Positions 10,735 to 20,048 of a stretch of DNA of 64,000 nt are shown piece after piece. Location of the stretch: the NCBI GenBank assembly GCA_963695845.1, contig CAVOIA010000006.1:269645-333644 (forward strand). Reading direction: 5' to 3'. The notes below the pieces were generated by a model. The model ran no database searches. It was given only the letters and a program-made list of their open reading frames with translations, and was not told the DNA's origin. How positions within the stretch are numbered: position 1 is the stretch's first letter; every line of letters starts with the position of its first letter. The stretch comes from an uncultured delta proteobacterium (GTDB lineage Bacteria; Desulfobacterota; Desulfobacteria; Desulfobacterales; Desulfosarcinaceae). A program made the translations under genes and the position numbers.

Positions 10735-11013
10735 ATGCGTTTCGATTGGATGTACTGGACCGTGCCGACGGCGATCTTCTTTACCACCATTGCCCTGATG
10801 ATCGTCGGCATGCTGATCTGGGAGCTGGTGTCGCCGACCATCGTGCGCCGGGGGTTCCTGCAGGTGCCCACGACGCGGGGCACCCGGTTTTTTGTGGGCC
10901 TGCTGGGAACGGCTTACATCCATCTGGCCTGGATCGGGCTCACGGATTGGAATTTGTGGTACGCGCTGCCCATTTCAGTCGTCTGGATCGTCATCGTCAT
11001 GCGCTGGGGGTAG
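10735..11013 (+). CDS. small membrane protein, DUF2160-like
   Basis: 92 aa with two or three hydrophobic helices (MRFDWMYWTVPTAIFFTTIALMIVGMLIWE...). ATG 10735 follows AAGGAGG. It lies between the permeases and the SBP, as in glycerol-type ABC importers. Confidence 0.75.
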   Translation: MRFDWMYWTVPTAIFFTTIALMIVGMLIWELVSPTIVRRGFLQVPTTRGTRFFVGLLGTAYIHLAWIGLTDWNLWYALPISVVWIVIVMRWG

Positions 11014-11151
11014 CTGCTTCGGATGGAATGGCCAAACGCGTCACCCCACAATCTGGACGTGTGCCTCTCGCGTGGCGATCGCCGCCTTCACGCCCGCGAC
11101 GCCGTCCGACAGAACCAAACCCACCTTTGAAGGCGTAAAGGAGAGAGAGTC

Positions 11152-12885
11152 ATGAAGAGAGAGATGTGCAGGACGATGCTGGCCGCTGTTGCCCTGGCGG
11201 TTGTGCTCGCCATGACGGCCGCACCGGGCATGGCAAACATGGACGCTGCCAAAAAGTGGGTCGAAAAGGAGTTCCAGCCGTCGACCCTGTCCAAGGACGA
11301 GCAGCTCAAAGAGATGGCCTGGTTCATCAAGGCCGCCGAACCGTTCAAGGGCATGAACATCAAGGTCGTCTCCGAAACCATCCCCACCCACGAGTATGAA
11401 GCCAAAACACTGGCCCCGGCCTTCGAGGAGATCACCGGCATCAAGGTGTCGTTCGACCTGATCCAGGAGGGCGACGTGATTGAAAAACTGCAGACCCAGT
11501 GGGCCTCGGGCGAAAACATTTACGATGCCTGGATCAACGACTCCGACCTGATCGGCACCCATGCCCGCTATGGCTACGTGGTGCCCTTGTCGGACTTCAT
11601 GGCCGGAGAGGGCAAAGATGTGACCCTGCCGACCCTGGATGTCGACGACTTCATGGGCAAGTCCTTCACCACGGGGCCGGACGGCAAACTCTATCAGCTG
11701 CCCGACCAGCAGTTCGCCAACCTCTACTGGTTCCGCTACGACTGGTTCAAACGGGACGATTTCAAAAAACAGTTCAAGGAGATCTACGGCTACGAGCTTG
11801 GCGTTCCGGTGAACTGGTCGGCCTACGAGGACATCGCCCAATTTTTCACCGAGCATGTTCGCGAAATCGACGGCAAAGCGGTGTTCGGTCACAACGACTA
11901 TGGCAAGAAGGCGCCCGACCTGGGGTGGCGGTTCACCGATGCCTGGCTCTCCATGGCCGGCGCCGGGGACAAGGGCATTCCCAACGGCAAGCCGGTGGAT
12001 GAATGGGGCATCCGCATGGAGGGTTGCCAGCCCGTGGGTGCTACCGTGGCCCGCGGGGGCGCCGCCAACGGTCCAGCGGCCAAGTATGCGCTTCGCAAGT
12101 ACATGGAGTGGCTCAGAAAATATGCGCCTCCCGGCAGCCTTGGCATGGATTTTTACACCTACCTGCCCTTTTTGGCCAACGGCAGCGTGGCCCAGCAGAT
12201 CTTCTGGTACACCGCCTTCGTACCCAGTATGGTCGCCCCGGGGCCCACCGTCAATGAAGACGGGACGCCCAAATGGCGCATGGCTCCCTCGCCGCATGGT
12301 CCTTACTGGGAAGAGGGCATGAAGCTGGGGTATCAGGACTGCGGTTCGTGGACCTTCATGAAGAGCACCCCGCTCGAGCGCCGCAAGGCCGCCTGGCTGT
12401 TCGCCCAGTTCTGCGTGGCCAAGACCACGTCGCTCAAAAAAGCCCATGTGGGCCTGACGCCCATCCGCGACAGCGACATCAACCACGAATCCTTTACCGA
12501 ACGGGCTCCCAAACTGGGCGGCCTGGTGGAGTTCTACCGCAGCCCGGCCCGCGTGGCCTGGACGCCGACCGGTGTCAACGTGCCCGACTATCCGAGGCTG
12601 GCCCAGCTGTGGTGGCAGAATATCGGTGAGGCCGTGTCCGGCGAAGTCACCGTGGACACCGCCATGGACAACCTGGCCCAGGAGATGGACAAGGTCATGG
12701 AGCGTATCGCCCGCTCAAAAACCCAGGGCGAATGCGGTCCCAAGCTGAACCCGGAAAAGGATGAGGCCTACTGGTTGAGCCAGCCCGGATCCCCCAAGGC
12801 CAAGCTCGACAACGAAAAGCCCCAGGGCGAGACGGTGGATTACGACAAGCTGATCGAAGCCTGGCGGGCGGGCCGGGTGAAATAA
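11152..12885 (+). CDS. ABC transporter substrate-binding protein (extracellular solute-binding family 1, large type)
   Basis: Signal peptide MKREMCRTMLAAVALAVVLAMTAAPGMA. It is a 577-aa periplasmic-binding-protein-like sequence and the last gene of the importer operon. Confidence 0.85.
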   Translation: MKREMCRTMLAAVALAVVLAMTAAPGMANMDAAKKWVEKEFQPSTLSKDEQLKEMAWFIKAAEPFKGMNIKVVSETIPTHEYEAKTLAPAFEEITGIKVSFDLIQEGDVIEKLQTQWASGENIYDAWINDSDLIGTHARYGYVVPLSDFMAGEGKDVTLPTLDVDDFMGKSFTTGPDGKLYQLPDQQFANLYWFRYDWFKRDDFKKQFKEIYGYELGVPVNWSAYEDIAQFFTEHVREIDGKAVFGHNDYGKKAPDLGWRFTDAWLSMAGAGDKGIPNGKPVDEWGIRMEGCQPVGATVARGGAANGPAAKYALRKYMEWLRKYAPPGSLGMDFYTYLPFLANGSVAQQIFWYTAFVPSMVAPGPTVNEDGTPKWRMAPSPHGPYWEEGMKLGYQDCGSWTFMKSTPLERRKAAWLFAQFCVAKTTSLKKAHVGLTPIRDSDINHESFTERAPKLGGLVEFYRSPARVAWTPTGVNVPDYPRLAQLWWQNIGEAVSGEVTVDTAMDNLAQEMDKVMERIARSKTQGECGPKLNPEKDEAYWLSQPGSPKAKLDNEKPQGETVDYDKLIEAWRAGRVK

Positions 12886-12919
12886 TCCCCACCCACCCCC
12901 TTTTCAGCACCATGAACAT

Positions 12920-12954
12920 GGGCCGGCCCACAGATGGGTCGGCCCTGCTTGTTT
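12920..12954 (+). terminator. intrinsic terminator after the SBP gene
   Basis: GGGCCGGCCCA-caga-TGGGTCGGCCC hairpin (one G.T pair) followed by the T-rich TGCTTGTTT. Confidence 0.6.
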
Positions 12955-13058
12955 GGCGGGCCGGCATCCGCCTGGGTGGCCCGTGGCGGCAGGCCCGCTT
13001 CAGATTCGCCGATCGGAAATGCAGCGGTGTTGAGCCCCACAGACGCCCTGATTAGCGT

Positions 13059-13087
13059 TTGACTTTGACCGCGGCCTTGGATAGTGT
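13059..13087 (+). promoter_or_regulatory. candidate sigma70-type promoter
   Basis: TTGACT (13059-13064), a 17-nt spacer and TAGTGT (13082-13087), about 90 nt upstream of the ykgJ-like start. Confidence 0.4.
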
Positions 13088-13175
13088 CCGCCCCCAAATA
13101 GGACCGATTCCTAAAAACGCCGATATCTGCGTTTTGATGGGGCCCATCCACCGAACGATCACGAAAGGAAAACCC

Positions 13176-13979
13176 ATGACCGATGCCGATAAAAGTGCCG
13201 GTATCTCGCCGGTGCGCCTGGGATACGGCAGCCAGTTCAACTTCAAATGCCACCCCGGCGTGTCGTGCTTTACCGAGTGCTGCCGGGGCATCAATATTAT
13301 CTTGACCCCTTACGACATCATCCAGCTCAAAAACCGCCTGAACCTCTCTTCGCGCGAGTTTCTGGCCATCTACACCGACGTGCACCTGCTGGAAAAAACC
13401 GATCTGCCCATGGTGACGCTCAAACTGCTGGACGACGAGCGCCAATCCTGCCCCTTCGTCAAGGACAAGGACGGCTGCATCATATATGCGGACCGGCCCA
13501 CATCCTGCCGTTACTACCCCCTGGGCACGGCAACCTTGCAGCACAAGGAGGGCGCCGACGACGACGGCTTCTTCTTTTTCGTCCACGAACCCCACTGCAA
13601 GGGCTTCGAAGAGGATGCCCAGTGGACCGTGGCCGAGTGGCGCGAAGATCAGGGCGTCGACCTGCGCGACGAAATCAACCGCGAGTGGACCGACCTGGTG
13701 GTGCGCAAGCGCTCCTTTCCGTCCAACATCAAGCTGACCGAAAAAGCCAAGCAGATGTTCTTTCTGGTCAGCTACGACATCGACAAATTCAAGGAGTTCG
13801 TTTTCGACAGCTCCTTTTTAAGGCGCGTCGACGTGGATGAGGCCACCGTGGAACAAATCAAAAACGATGAAATCGAACTGCTCAAATTCGGACTGGAGTG
13901 GCTCAAAGGGGTCCTGTTCAAGCAGACCGATCCCGATCGGCAGGCGGCCAACGCCGTCGATCGGGCAAGCTCGGAATGA
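13176..13979 (+). CDS. YkgJ-family cysteine-cluster protein (putative Zn/Fe-chelating domain, CxxCxxCC type)
   Basis: KCHPGVSCFTECCRGINIILTPYDI ... SCPFVKDKDGCIIYADRPTSCRYYPLG. ATG 13176 follows AAAGGAAA; the ORF track start is 13059. Confidence 0.75.
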   Translation: MTDADKSAGISPVRLGYGSQFNFKCHPGVSCFTECCRGINIILTPYDIIQLKNRLNLSSREFLAIYTDVHLLEKTDLPMVTLKLLDDERQSCPFVKDKDGCIIYADRPTSCRYYPLGTATLQHKEGADDDGFFFFVHEPHCKGFEEDAQWTVAEWREDQGVDLRDEINREWTDLVVRKRSFPSNIKLTEKAKQMFFLVSYDIDKFKEFVFDSSFLRRVDVDEATVEQIKNDEIELLKFGLEWLKGVLFKQTDPDRQAANAVDRASSE

Positions 13980-14028
13980 CCCGCAACGCATCGGTCGGGT
14001 AAAATGGTTATTTATGGATGGGCACTGA

Positions 14029-15063
14029 TTAGTAATTCGGGTAGGCCAGCTCCTCCAGCAAGCGGCTGTCATTGAGCCGCGCCTCGATGTCCAGGTTGAA
14101 AAATTCGGCCAGGGGCGCCAGGATCTCCGGGTTGCGGGACTGCACGGTCCGGACGATCTCCAGCACCTTTTCCAGGCCCCCTGGGCTCATCTTCCCCAGC
14201 GGCGGGCGGCAGGGTCCCGCGGGCATCCCCAGCAGCCGCATCACGGTTTTCAGCGCCAGCGGGTTGCGCGCCCGGCAGACTACCGGGCCGTAGGGACTTT
14301 GCTCCTGGGTGGTCACCGTCACCAGACCGAACAATGGCCTCAGGGCGTCGGCCAGTTTTCGGGCCGCGTCGATCTCCTGGTCCGCCAGCAGGCGCACCAG
14401 ATCGCCCACAGCCCTGGGAGCGATGTTGGAAACCACCGAAATCACGCCGGCCGCAGCGATATCTCCATCGGCCATCATGTCGAACAGCAGTCCGTCGTCA
14501 CCGGAGAGAATGGTGAACTCAGGTCCGCAGCAGGCCCGGGTGCGCCGCATGTTGTCCAGATTGCCGGTGGCCTCTTTCACGGTGTTGACGTTGGCGTGGT
14601 CCTTGAACAGCAGGGCCAGGTCTTCGGGCAGCAGCTGCGCTCCGGTCCGACCCGGGATGACGTAGGGAATGACGGTCGTGTCGGGAAACGCCGCCGCGAC
14701 CGGCGCCACATACTCCCTGCGGATCTCCAGGGAACTGGGGCCGTTGTAGTACGGGTCCACCAGCAGGACCGCGTCCACGCCGGCCGCGACCGCGTGGCGC
14801 GTGGCGGACAGCGCCTCCTGGGAATTGTTGCTGCCGGTTCCGGCGATGCACAGACACTTGCCCTTGGCCTTTTGCGCGTACAGCTCGATCACCCGGTGGT
14901 GTTCCTGCCAGTCCAGGGTGGGGCTTTCACCGGTGGTGCCCACGGCCAGAAGGCCGCTGATGCCGTTTTGAATCTGAAAGTCGGCCAGACGCACCAGGCC
15001 GGCCTCATCGATGCCAGCGTTCTCGAAAGGTGTTACCATCGCCGTGTAACATCCTGATTTCAT
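14029..15063 (-). CDS. dihydrodipicolinate synthase (DapA) family protein
   Basis: TAMVTPF..., GLLAVGTTGESPTL, VLLVDPYYN and IPYVIPGRTG are typical DapA/NAL-family motifs. It carries a C-terminal extension of about 50 aa. Confidence 0.85.
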   Translation of the reverse strand: MKSGCYTAMVTPFENAGIDEAGLVRLADFQIQNGISGLLAVGTTGESPTLDWQEHHRVIELYAQKAKGKCLCIAGTGSNNSQEALSATRHAVAAGVDAVLLVDPYYNGPSSLEIRREYVAPVAAAFPDTTVIPYVIPGRTGAQLLPEDLALLFKDHANVNTVKEATGNLDNMRRTRACCGPEFTILSGDDGLLFDMMADGDIAAAGVISVVSNIAPRAVGDLVRLLADQEIDAARKLADALRPLFGLVTVTTQEQSPYGPVVCRARNPLALKTVMRLLGMPAGPCRPPLGKMSPGGLEKVLEIVRTVQSRNPEILAPLAEFFNLDIEARLNDSRLLEELAYPNY

Positions 15064-15293
15064 GCTGCCTCCTGATACAATCGGTCTGGTTGAAAGCGGG
15101 TGGAAAAGCGGGCCGGAAAAGGAGCTGTAAACAAATGAACCGCTCGAAAAGACTAAAAAAAAGTCGTCCTTGAAGTCAAGGAAAAAGGGGCCGGCCCACG
15201 ATTATTTTCCTTGACACCGGCAATCGGTCGGGCTACGGATTTTGGTTTTATACTGAAATGCCACCGCTAGATCCATCGAAAAAGGATGTCACC

Positions 15294-15926
15294 ATGAAAA
15301 ATGCAACCAAAGCACCCAATGCGGAAGCGTTCATCGAGCAGCAGCGCCGGGCGATTTCCGCCAACCCCGAATGCGGCACGTCGCACTACAATCTGGGCGT
15401 GGCCCTGCTCGGACAGGGCAAGATCGAAGAGGCCGAGCAAGCCCTGGCAACGGCCATCGAATGCAGCCCGGGACTGGCCGAGGCCTACGTGCAGATGGGC
15501 GGCATTTGCATGAAGCGCGGCGATATGGACGGTTGCCTGGACTGGAACCAGCGCGCCGTGAAGGTCAAACCCGGCTTTTCGGAAGGGTGGGGCAACATCG
15601 GTTTTGTCCTGCTCCAGCGCGGCGATGTGGCCGGGGCGATTCGGGCCCTGGAAAAAGCCACCATGTTCAACTTCCGATTCATCCAGGCCTTTGCCACCCT
15701 GGCCAACGCCTACCTGATGAACGGCCAGGTCAAGGAGAGCATCGAGACCAATTTGAAAGCCCTGAAGCTGTCGCCGGAGTTTGCCGTGGCCCACAACAAC
15801 CTGGCCATTGCCTACCTGGAAGACGGTCAGCCGGGCCTGGCTGTGGAGCACGCCGACAAAGCGCGTGCGCTGGGCTACGACGTCGCCCCGGAGATCCTCA
15901 AAGAGCTCGAACCCCATCGCAACTGA
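15294..15926 (+). CDS. tetratricopeptide (TPR) repeat protein
   Basis: Repeated TPR consensus (HYNLGVALLGQGKIEEAEQALATAIECSPGLAEAY..., GWGNIGFVLLQRGDVAGAIRALEKA..., AHNNLAIAYLEDGQPGLAVEHADKA). ATG 15294 follows AAGGA. Confidence 0.8.
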   Translation: MKNATKAPNAEAFIEQQRRAISANPECGTSHYNLGVALLGQGKIEEAEQALATAIECSPGLAEAYVQMGGICMKRGDMDGCLDWNQRAVKVKPGFSEGWGNIGFVLLQRGDVAGAIRALEKATMFNFRFIQAFATLANAYLMNGQVKESIETNLKALKLSPEFAVAHNNLAIAYLEDGQPGLAVEHADKARALGYDVAPEILKELEPHRN

Positions 15927-16002
15927 CCCCCTGGGCGGACTCCCGGTTCAAGGCCGTCGCTCCTCCGGGAGCCCGCTTCGTGTCAATCCAGGCCCGCCAT
16001 CC

Positions 16003-17187
16003 ATGCCGACCGTCGACTACTTCCTGTCCACCGACGCTCATCCGATCGATGCCGCGCACCCGCTCTGGCACCGCCCGCTGCCTGAAACGCGCCAGGGCCA
16101 GGCGGCCGCCGCGCGCCCGACGAACGATGCCGGCGCCACGGTTTCCTACGGCCGCTACTTTGCGGCGATCCACCGCTTTTGCCAAGCCGACGGATGGCGG
16201 CGGATGGTCCGGGCGGTATCGCGTCGCCTGGCACGGCCCGTTTTGGCCAGCGAGCTGCGGCACATGTCGATTTACCTGGAGAAGCACGGCGCCATATACC
16301 ATCCGGCCCGACTCCAGGTCATGGTGCAGGAGCGCCCGCTCCTGTTCGTGGTCAACGTGGCGGTCTCCCCTGCGGGCCGGCAGACCCTGCCGGTCGAGGT
16401 GCGAGCCCTGCAGCGGCTCAACCACGAGCGACCGTTCGGCTGGCTGCCCACGATTTACGATTGCGATGCCGCCGCACCGCCCCTGTTTCTGGCTGACTGG
16501 TTCGCGGACTTTCACGAGTTTCACCTGACGCGGCCGCCCGGCAGTGAAGAGACGGCCGTCGTGGTCTGGGACGGGGCGCCCACCCCAACCCTGCTCTCGA
16601 CCGATCAAAAGGCGGATTTGTACCGACAGGCGGCCATGATTCTGACCGCCTGCTACGATCCGATCTCGTCATCCCAGATCCACCCCTGGCACCATGCCGC
16701 CGGGGACTTCGTGGTCCGCATCGACCAGGCGCGGCTGGCGGTCAGGCTGATCACGGTCAGGGGCTATGCGCCCTTGGCTGCCGTTGGCAGCGGCGCACCC
16801 GACACCGAATGGGCGATCCTGGACAACCTGACGTCATTTTTGATCCACCTGACCCTGCGCATGCGCCTGGACCGGATCGATGGCGTGGGCGATGTCGCCT
16901 GGGCCCCGCCGGCCAGCCTGGCACCCACCGTGCAGGGTTTTTTCCAAGGCTTGGATCTGACGGCCCGCCTGAACGATTTTCCGCGGGACTTTCCGGAAAC
17001 CTTCCGATGCTATTTCAACCAGATCGGTCCGCCGGCACTGACGGTCATGGCCCGCCGGATCACGCAATCGGTTTTCCGGCCCCGCTGCGAGGAGCACACC
17101 GTCACCTTGCGGCATTTGACCGACCACCTGATGTTGCTGGGCCGCATAATGCACCGCCAGAGTGGCCCAGGGCCGCTGCCGGGGTGA
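16003..17187 (+). CDS. hypothetical protein (no family recognised)
   Basis: This frame has protein-like composition, whereas the overlapping Arg/Pro/Gly-rich frame (15371..16528) does not. The start is uncertain: ATG 16003 is the first ATG after the TPR stop and has no clear SD. Confidence 0.5.
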   Translation: MPTVDYFLSTDAHPIDAAHPLWHRPLPETRQGQAAAARPTNDAGATVSYGRYFAAIHRFCQADGWRRMVRAVSRRLARPVLASELRHMSIYLEKHGAIYHPARLQVMVQERPLLFVVNVAVSPAGRQTLPVEVRALQRLNHERPFGWLPTIYDCDAAAPPLFLADWFADFHEFHLTRPPGSEETAVVVWDGAPTPTLLSTDQKADLYRQAAMILTACYDPISSSQIHPWHHAAGDFVVRIDQARLAVRLITVRGYAPLAAVGSGAPDTEWAILDNLTSFLIHLTLRMRLDRIDGVGDVAWAPPASLAPTVQGFFQGLDLTARLNDFPRDFPETFRCYFNQIGPPALTVMARRITQSVFRPRCEEHTVTLRHLTDHLMLLGRIMHRQSGPGPLPG

Positions 17188-17308
17188 CGAACGCGTTGCC
17201 GACAACCGCTACATGGCGGCTATAGTTTGCGGCACACCACAACATTTGGTATGAAAAGGGGGCATCGGCCGGCCTTGTGACTTAACCGCGCGAAACCATG
17301 CTTTTTTA

Positions 17309-17337
17309 TTGACAAGCCCCATGATTGATTCTATATC
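17309..17337 (+). promoter_or_regulatory. candidate sigma70-type promoter of the dsr operon
   Basis: TTGACA (17309-17314), a 17-nt spacer and TATATC (17332-17337). This would give a dsrA leader of about 155 nt. Confidence 0.4.
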
Positions 17338-17423
17338 TGCTCCTTGCAGTTCTTGGCTGTGAAAACCGCGAGATTATAACAATCCCGACAATATATGCAG
17401 AAAAAAATTGAGAGGAGGTGACC

Positions 17424-17486
17424 TTGAAACTCCCCCGTCGGGGATGGTTTTATTTCTATTGGCAGGTTGGTTCACTATTAATTTAA
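17424..17486 (+). CDS. candidate 20-codon leader ORF upstream of dsrA (speculative)
   Basis: GAGGAGG (17412-17418), a 5-nt spacer and TTG 17424, encoding MKLPRRGWFYFYWQVGSLLI. The TAA stop at 17484-17486 lies 2 nt before the dsrA SD GGAGG (17489-17493). Confidence 0.25.
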   Translation: MKLPRRGWFYFYWQVGSLLI

Positions 17487-17499
17487 ATGGAGGTAAAAG

Positions 17500-18813
17500 A
17501 TGGCAAAGCATGCAACCCCTTTGTTGGATCAGCTTGAGTCCGGTCCGTGGCCGAGCTTCGTGTCCGATCTGAAGCAGTACGCCGCGCACAGGGCCAAGAA
17601 CCCGAACAACGTGGAATTCCAGGTTGAGCAAGACTGCGTGGAAGACATTCTGGGCGTTTTGGAGCTCTCCTACAAGCACGGCCGGACGCATTGGAAGCAC
17701 GGCGGCATCGTGGGTGTTTTCGGTTACGGCGGCGGCGTTATCGGCCGCTACTGCGACCAGCCCGAAATGTTCCCCGGCGTGGCCCACTTTCACACCATGC
17801 GCATCGCCCAGCCCGGCGGCAAGTACTATACCACCGATTACCTGAAGAAAATCTGCGACCTGTGGGAGTTCCGCGGCTCCGGCGTCACCAACATGCACGG
17901 CTCCACCGGCGACATTATCTTCATCGGAACCAAGACCAACCAGCTGGAAGAGATCTTTTTCGAACTGACCCACAACATGGATCAGGACCTGGGCGGCTCC
18001 GGCTCCAACCTGCGCACCCCCTCGGACTGCATCGGAACTTCGCGTTGTGAATACTCCTGCTACGACACCCAGGCCATCTGCTACGACCTGACTCAAGAGT
18101 ACCAGGACGAACTGCACCGCCCGGCCTTCCCCTACAAGTTCAAGTTCAAGTTCGACGGCTGCCCCAACTGCTGCGTGGCCTCCATCGCCCGGGCCGACAT
18201 CTCTTTCGTCGGAACCTGGAAAGACGACATCAAGATCGACCAGGAAGCCGTCGCCGGCTACGTCGGCGGCGAATTCGCTCCCAACGGCGGCGCCCACAGC
18301 GGTCGCGACTGGGGCAAGTTCGACATCAACAAAGAGGTCTGCGACCTGTGCCCCACGCACTGCATGAAATATGACGGCAGCAAGCTGCTGATCAACAACC
18401 GCGAGTGCACCCGCTGCATGCACTGCATCAACGTCATGCCGCGTGCCCTGCACATCGGCGATGACCGCGGCCTTTCCATGCTGGTCGGCGCCAAGGCCCC
18501 GATCCTGGACGGCGCTCAGATGGGCTCCCTGCTGGTGCCCTTCGTCAAGGTCGAAGAGCCCTACGACGAAATCAAGGAAGTCATCGAAGCCATCTGGGAT
18601 TGGTGGATGGAAGAGGGCAAAAACCGCGAACGTCTCGGTGAGCTGATCAAACGTCAAGGGTTCCAGAAACTGCTCGAAGCGACCAACATCAAGCCGGTGC
18701 CCCAGCATGTTCAGGAGCCGCGCCACAACCCCTACATCTTCTGGAAAGAGGAAGAAGTTGAAGGCGGCTGGGATCGCGACATCGCAGAATTCAGAAAAGA
18801 CCACCAGAGATAG
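17500..18813 (+). CDS. dsrA: dissimilatory sulfite reductase alpha subunit
   Basis: MAKHATPLLDQLESGPWPSFVSDLKQ..., HWKHGGIVGVFGYGGGVIGRY, sirohaem/[4Fe-4S] Cys motifs and a ferredoxin-like insert (CPNCC..., CTRCMHC). Confidence 0.97.
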   Translation: MAKHATPLLDQLESGPWPSFVSDLKQYAAHRAKNPNNVEFQVEQDCVEDILGVLELSYKHGRTHWKHGGIVGVFGYGGGVIGRYCDQPEMFPGVAHFHTMRIAQPGGKYYTTDYLKKICDLWEFRGSGVTNMHGSTGDIIFIGTKTNQLEEIFFELTHNMDQDLGGSGSNLRTPSDCIGTSRCEYSCYDTQAICYDLTQEYQDELHRPAFPYKFKFKFDGCPNCCVASIARADISFVGTWKDDIKIDQEAVAGYVGGEFAPNGGAHSGRDWGKFDINKEVCDLCPTHCMKYDGSKLLINNRECTRCMHCINVMPRALHIGDDRGLSMLVGAKAPILDGAQMGSLLVPFVKVEEPYDEIKEVIEAIWDWWMEEGKNRERLGELIKRQGFQKLLEATNIKPVPQHVQEPRHNPYIFWKEEEVEGGWDRDIAEFRKDHQR

Positions 18814-18828
18814 AGGGGAGGAGACACA

Positions 18829-19974
18829 ATGGCATTTATTTCTTCAGGATACAATCCCGACAAACCGATGGAAAACCGGATCACCGACATCGGTCCGAGA
18901 AAGTACGATGAATTTTATCCGCCGGTCATTGCCAAGAACAAGGGCAAATGGCTGTATCACGAAATCATCAAGCCGGGCGTGCTGGTGCACGTGGCCGAAA
19001 GCGGCGACGAGTGCTACACCGTGCGCGTGGGCGGTGCCCGTCTGATGAGCGTTAACCTGATCCGCGAAATCTGCGAAATCGCCGACAAGCACTGCGGCGG
19101 CCACCTGCGCTTCACCACCCGCAACAACATCGAGTTCATGGTCGACAGCAAGGCCAAGGTCGAGCCCCTGGTTCAGGACCTGGAAAGCCGCAAGTTCGAC
19201 GGCGGCAGCTTCAAATTCCCCGTGGGCGGCACCGGCGCCGGCGTCACCAACATCATTCACACCCAGGGCTGGATCCACTGCCACACCCCGGCCACCGACG
19301 CCTCCGGCCCGGTCAAGGCCACCATGGACGTGCTCTTCGACGACTTCAAGGAACACCGCCTGCCGGCCCAACTGCGGGTCTCTTTGGCCTGCTGCCTGAA
19401 CATGTGCGGGGCCGTGCACTGCTCCGACATCGCCATCCTCGGCTACCACCGCAAACCGCCGATCATCGACAACGAATACCTGGACAAGATGTGCGAAATC
19501 CCCCTGGCCATCGCCGCCTGCCCCACTGCGGCCATCAAGCCGGTCAAGGTCAAAGTGGGCGACAAGGAAGTCAAATCCGTGGCCGTCAACAACGACCGCT
19601 GCATGTTCTGCGGCAACTGCTACACCATGTGCCCCTCGCTGCCGCTGGCCGACAAGGAAGGCGACGGCATCGTCATCATGGTGGGCGGCAAGGTCTCCAA
19701 CCGCATCAGCAAACCCATGTTCTCCAAGGTCGTCGTGGCCTTTTTGCCCAATGAGGCCCCGCGCTGGGAGTCCACCACCTCTTGCATCAAAAAGATCGTC
19801 GAGGCTTACTCCGCCGGCGCCAACAAGTACGAGCGCGTGGGCGACTGGGCCGAGCGTATCGGTTGGGAACGCTTCTTCGAAAAATGCGAGCTTGAGTTCA
19901 CCCATCACCTGATCGACGACTTCCGTGATCCGGCCTACTACACCTGGCGCCAGACCACGCAGTTCAAGTTCTAG
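18829..19974 (+). CDS. dsrB: dissimilatory sulfite reductase beta subunit
   Basis: [34 protein letters not shown]..., [27 protein letters not shown] and [12 protein letters not shown]. Confidence 0.97.
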   Translation: MAFISSGYNPDKPMENRITDIGPRKYDEFYPPVIAKNKGKWLYHEIIKPGVLVHVAESGDECYTVRVGGARLMSVNLIREICEIADKHCGGHLRFTTRNNIEFMVDSKAKVEPLVQDLESRKFDGGSFKFPVGGTGAGVTNIIHTQGWIHCHTPATDASGPVKATMDVLFDDFKEHRLPAQLRVSLACCLNMCGAVHCSDIAILGYHRKPPIIDNEYLDKMCEIPLAIAACPTAAIKPVKVKVGDKEVKSVAVNNDRCMFCGNCYTMCPSLPLADKEGDGIVIMVGGKVSNRISKPMFSKVVVAFLPNEAPRWESTTSCIKKIVEAYSAGANKYERVGDWAERIGWERFFEKCELEFTHHLIDDFRDPAYYTWRQTTQFKF

Positions 19975-19998
19975 TCCGGTTCATATGAACGCACCTGT

Positions 19999-20033
19999 GC
20001 AGGGGGAGGCCGCGCGCCCCCCCTGCCTTCTTT
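19999..20033 (+). terminator. GC-rich hairpin with a partial T-tract between dsrB and dsrD (possible attenuator or processing site)
   Basis: GCAGGGGG (19999-20006) pairs with CCCCCTGC (20019-20026) and is followed by CTTCTTT. Confidence 0.35.
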
Positions 20034-20048
20034 AGAAAAGAGGTTACC

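Noticed and set aside
11041-12486. 481-aa minus-strand ORF opposite the ABC substrate-binding protein gene
   Set aside because: It lies wholly inside a well-supported plus-strand gene, has no recognisable motifs, and has shadow-frame composition.
14014-14026. 13-nt identity ATGGATGGGCACT shared between 14014-14026 and 28192-28204, both intergenic
   Set aside because: A rough expectation for chance 13-mer matches within 64 kb is well above one. The flanks diverge immediately and no third copy was seen, so I do not call it a repeat family.
15371-16528. 385-aa alternative plus-strand frame overlapping the TPR gene and the hypothetical gene
   Set aside because: Its translation is dominated by Arg/Pro/Gly/Ala. 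It overlaps a clear TPR gene in another frame, so it is a high-G+C off-frame artefact.
17374-19908. Long minus-strand ORFs (17374..18804, 476 aa; 18844..19908, 354 aa) opposite dsrA and dsrB
   Set aside because: They are antisense shadows of two unmistakable genes. Their translations are Gly/Ala/Val/Asp-rich low-complexity sequence, typical of the reverse frame of high-G+C coding DNA.
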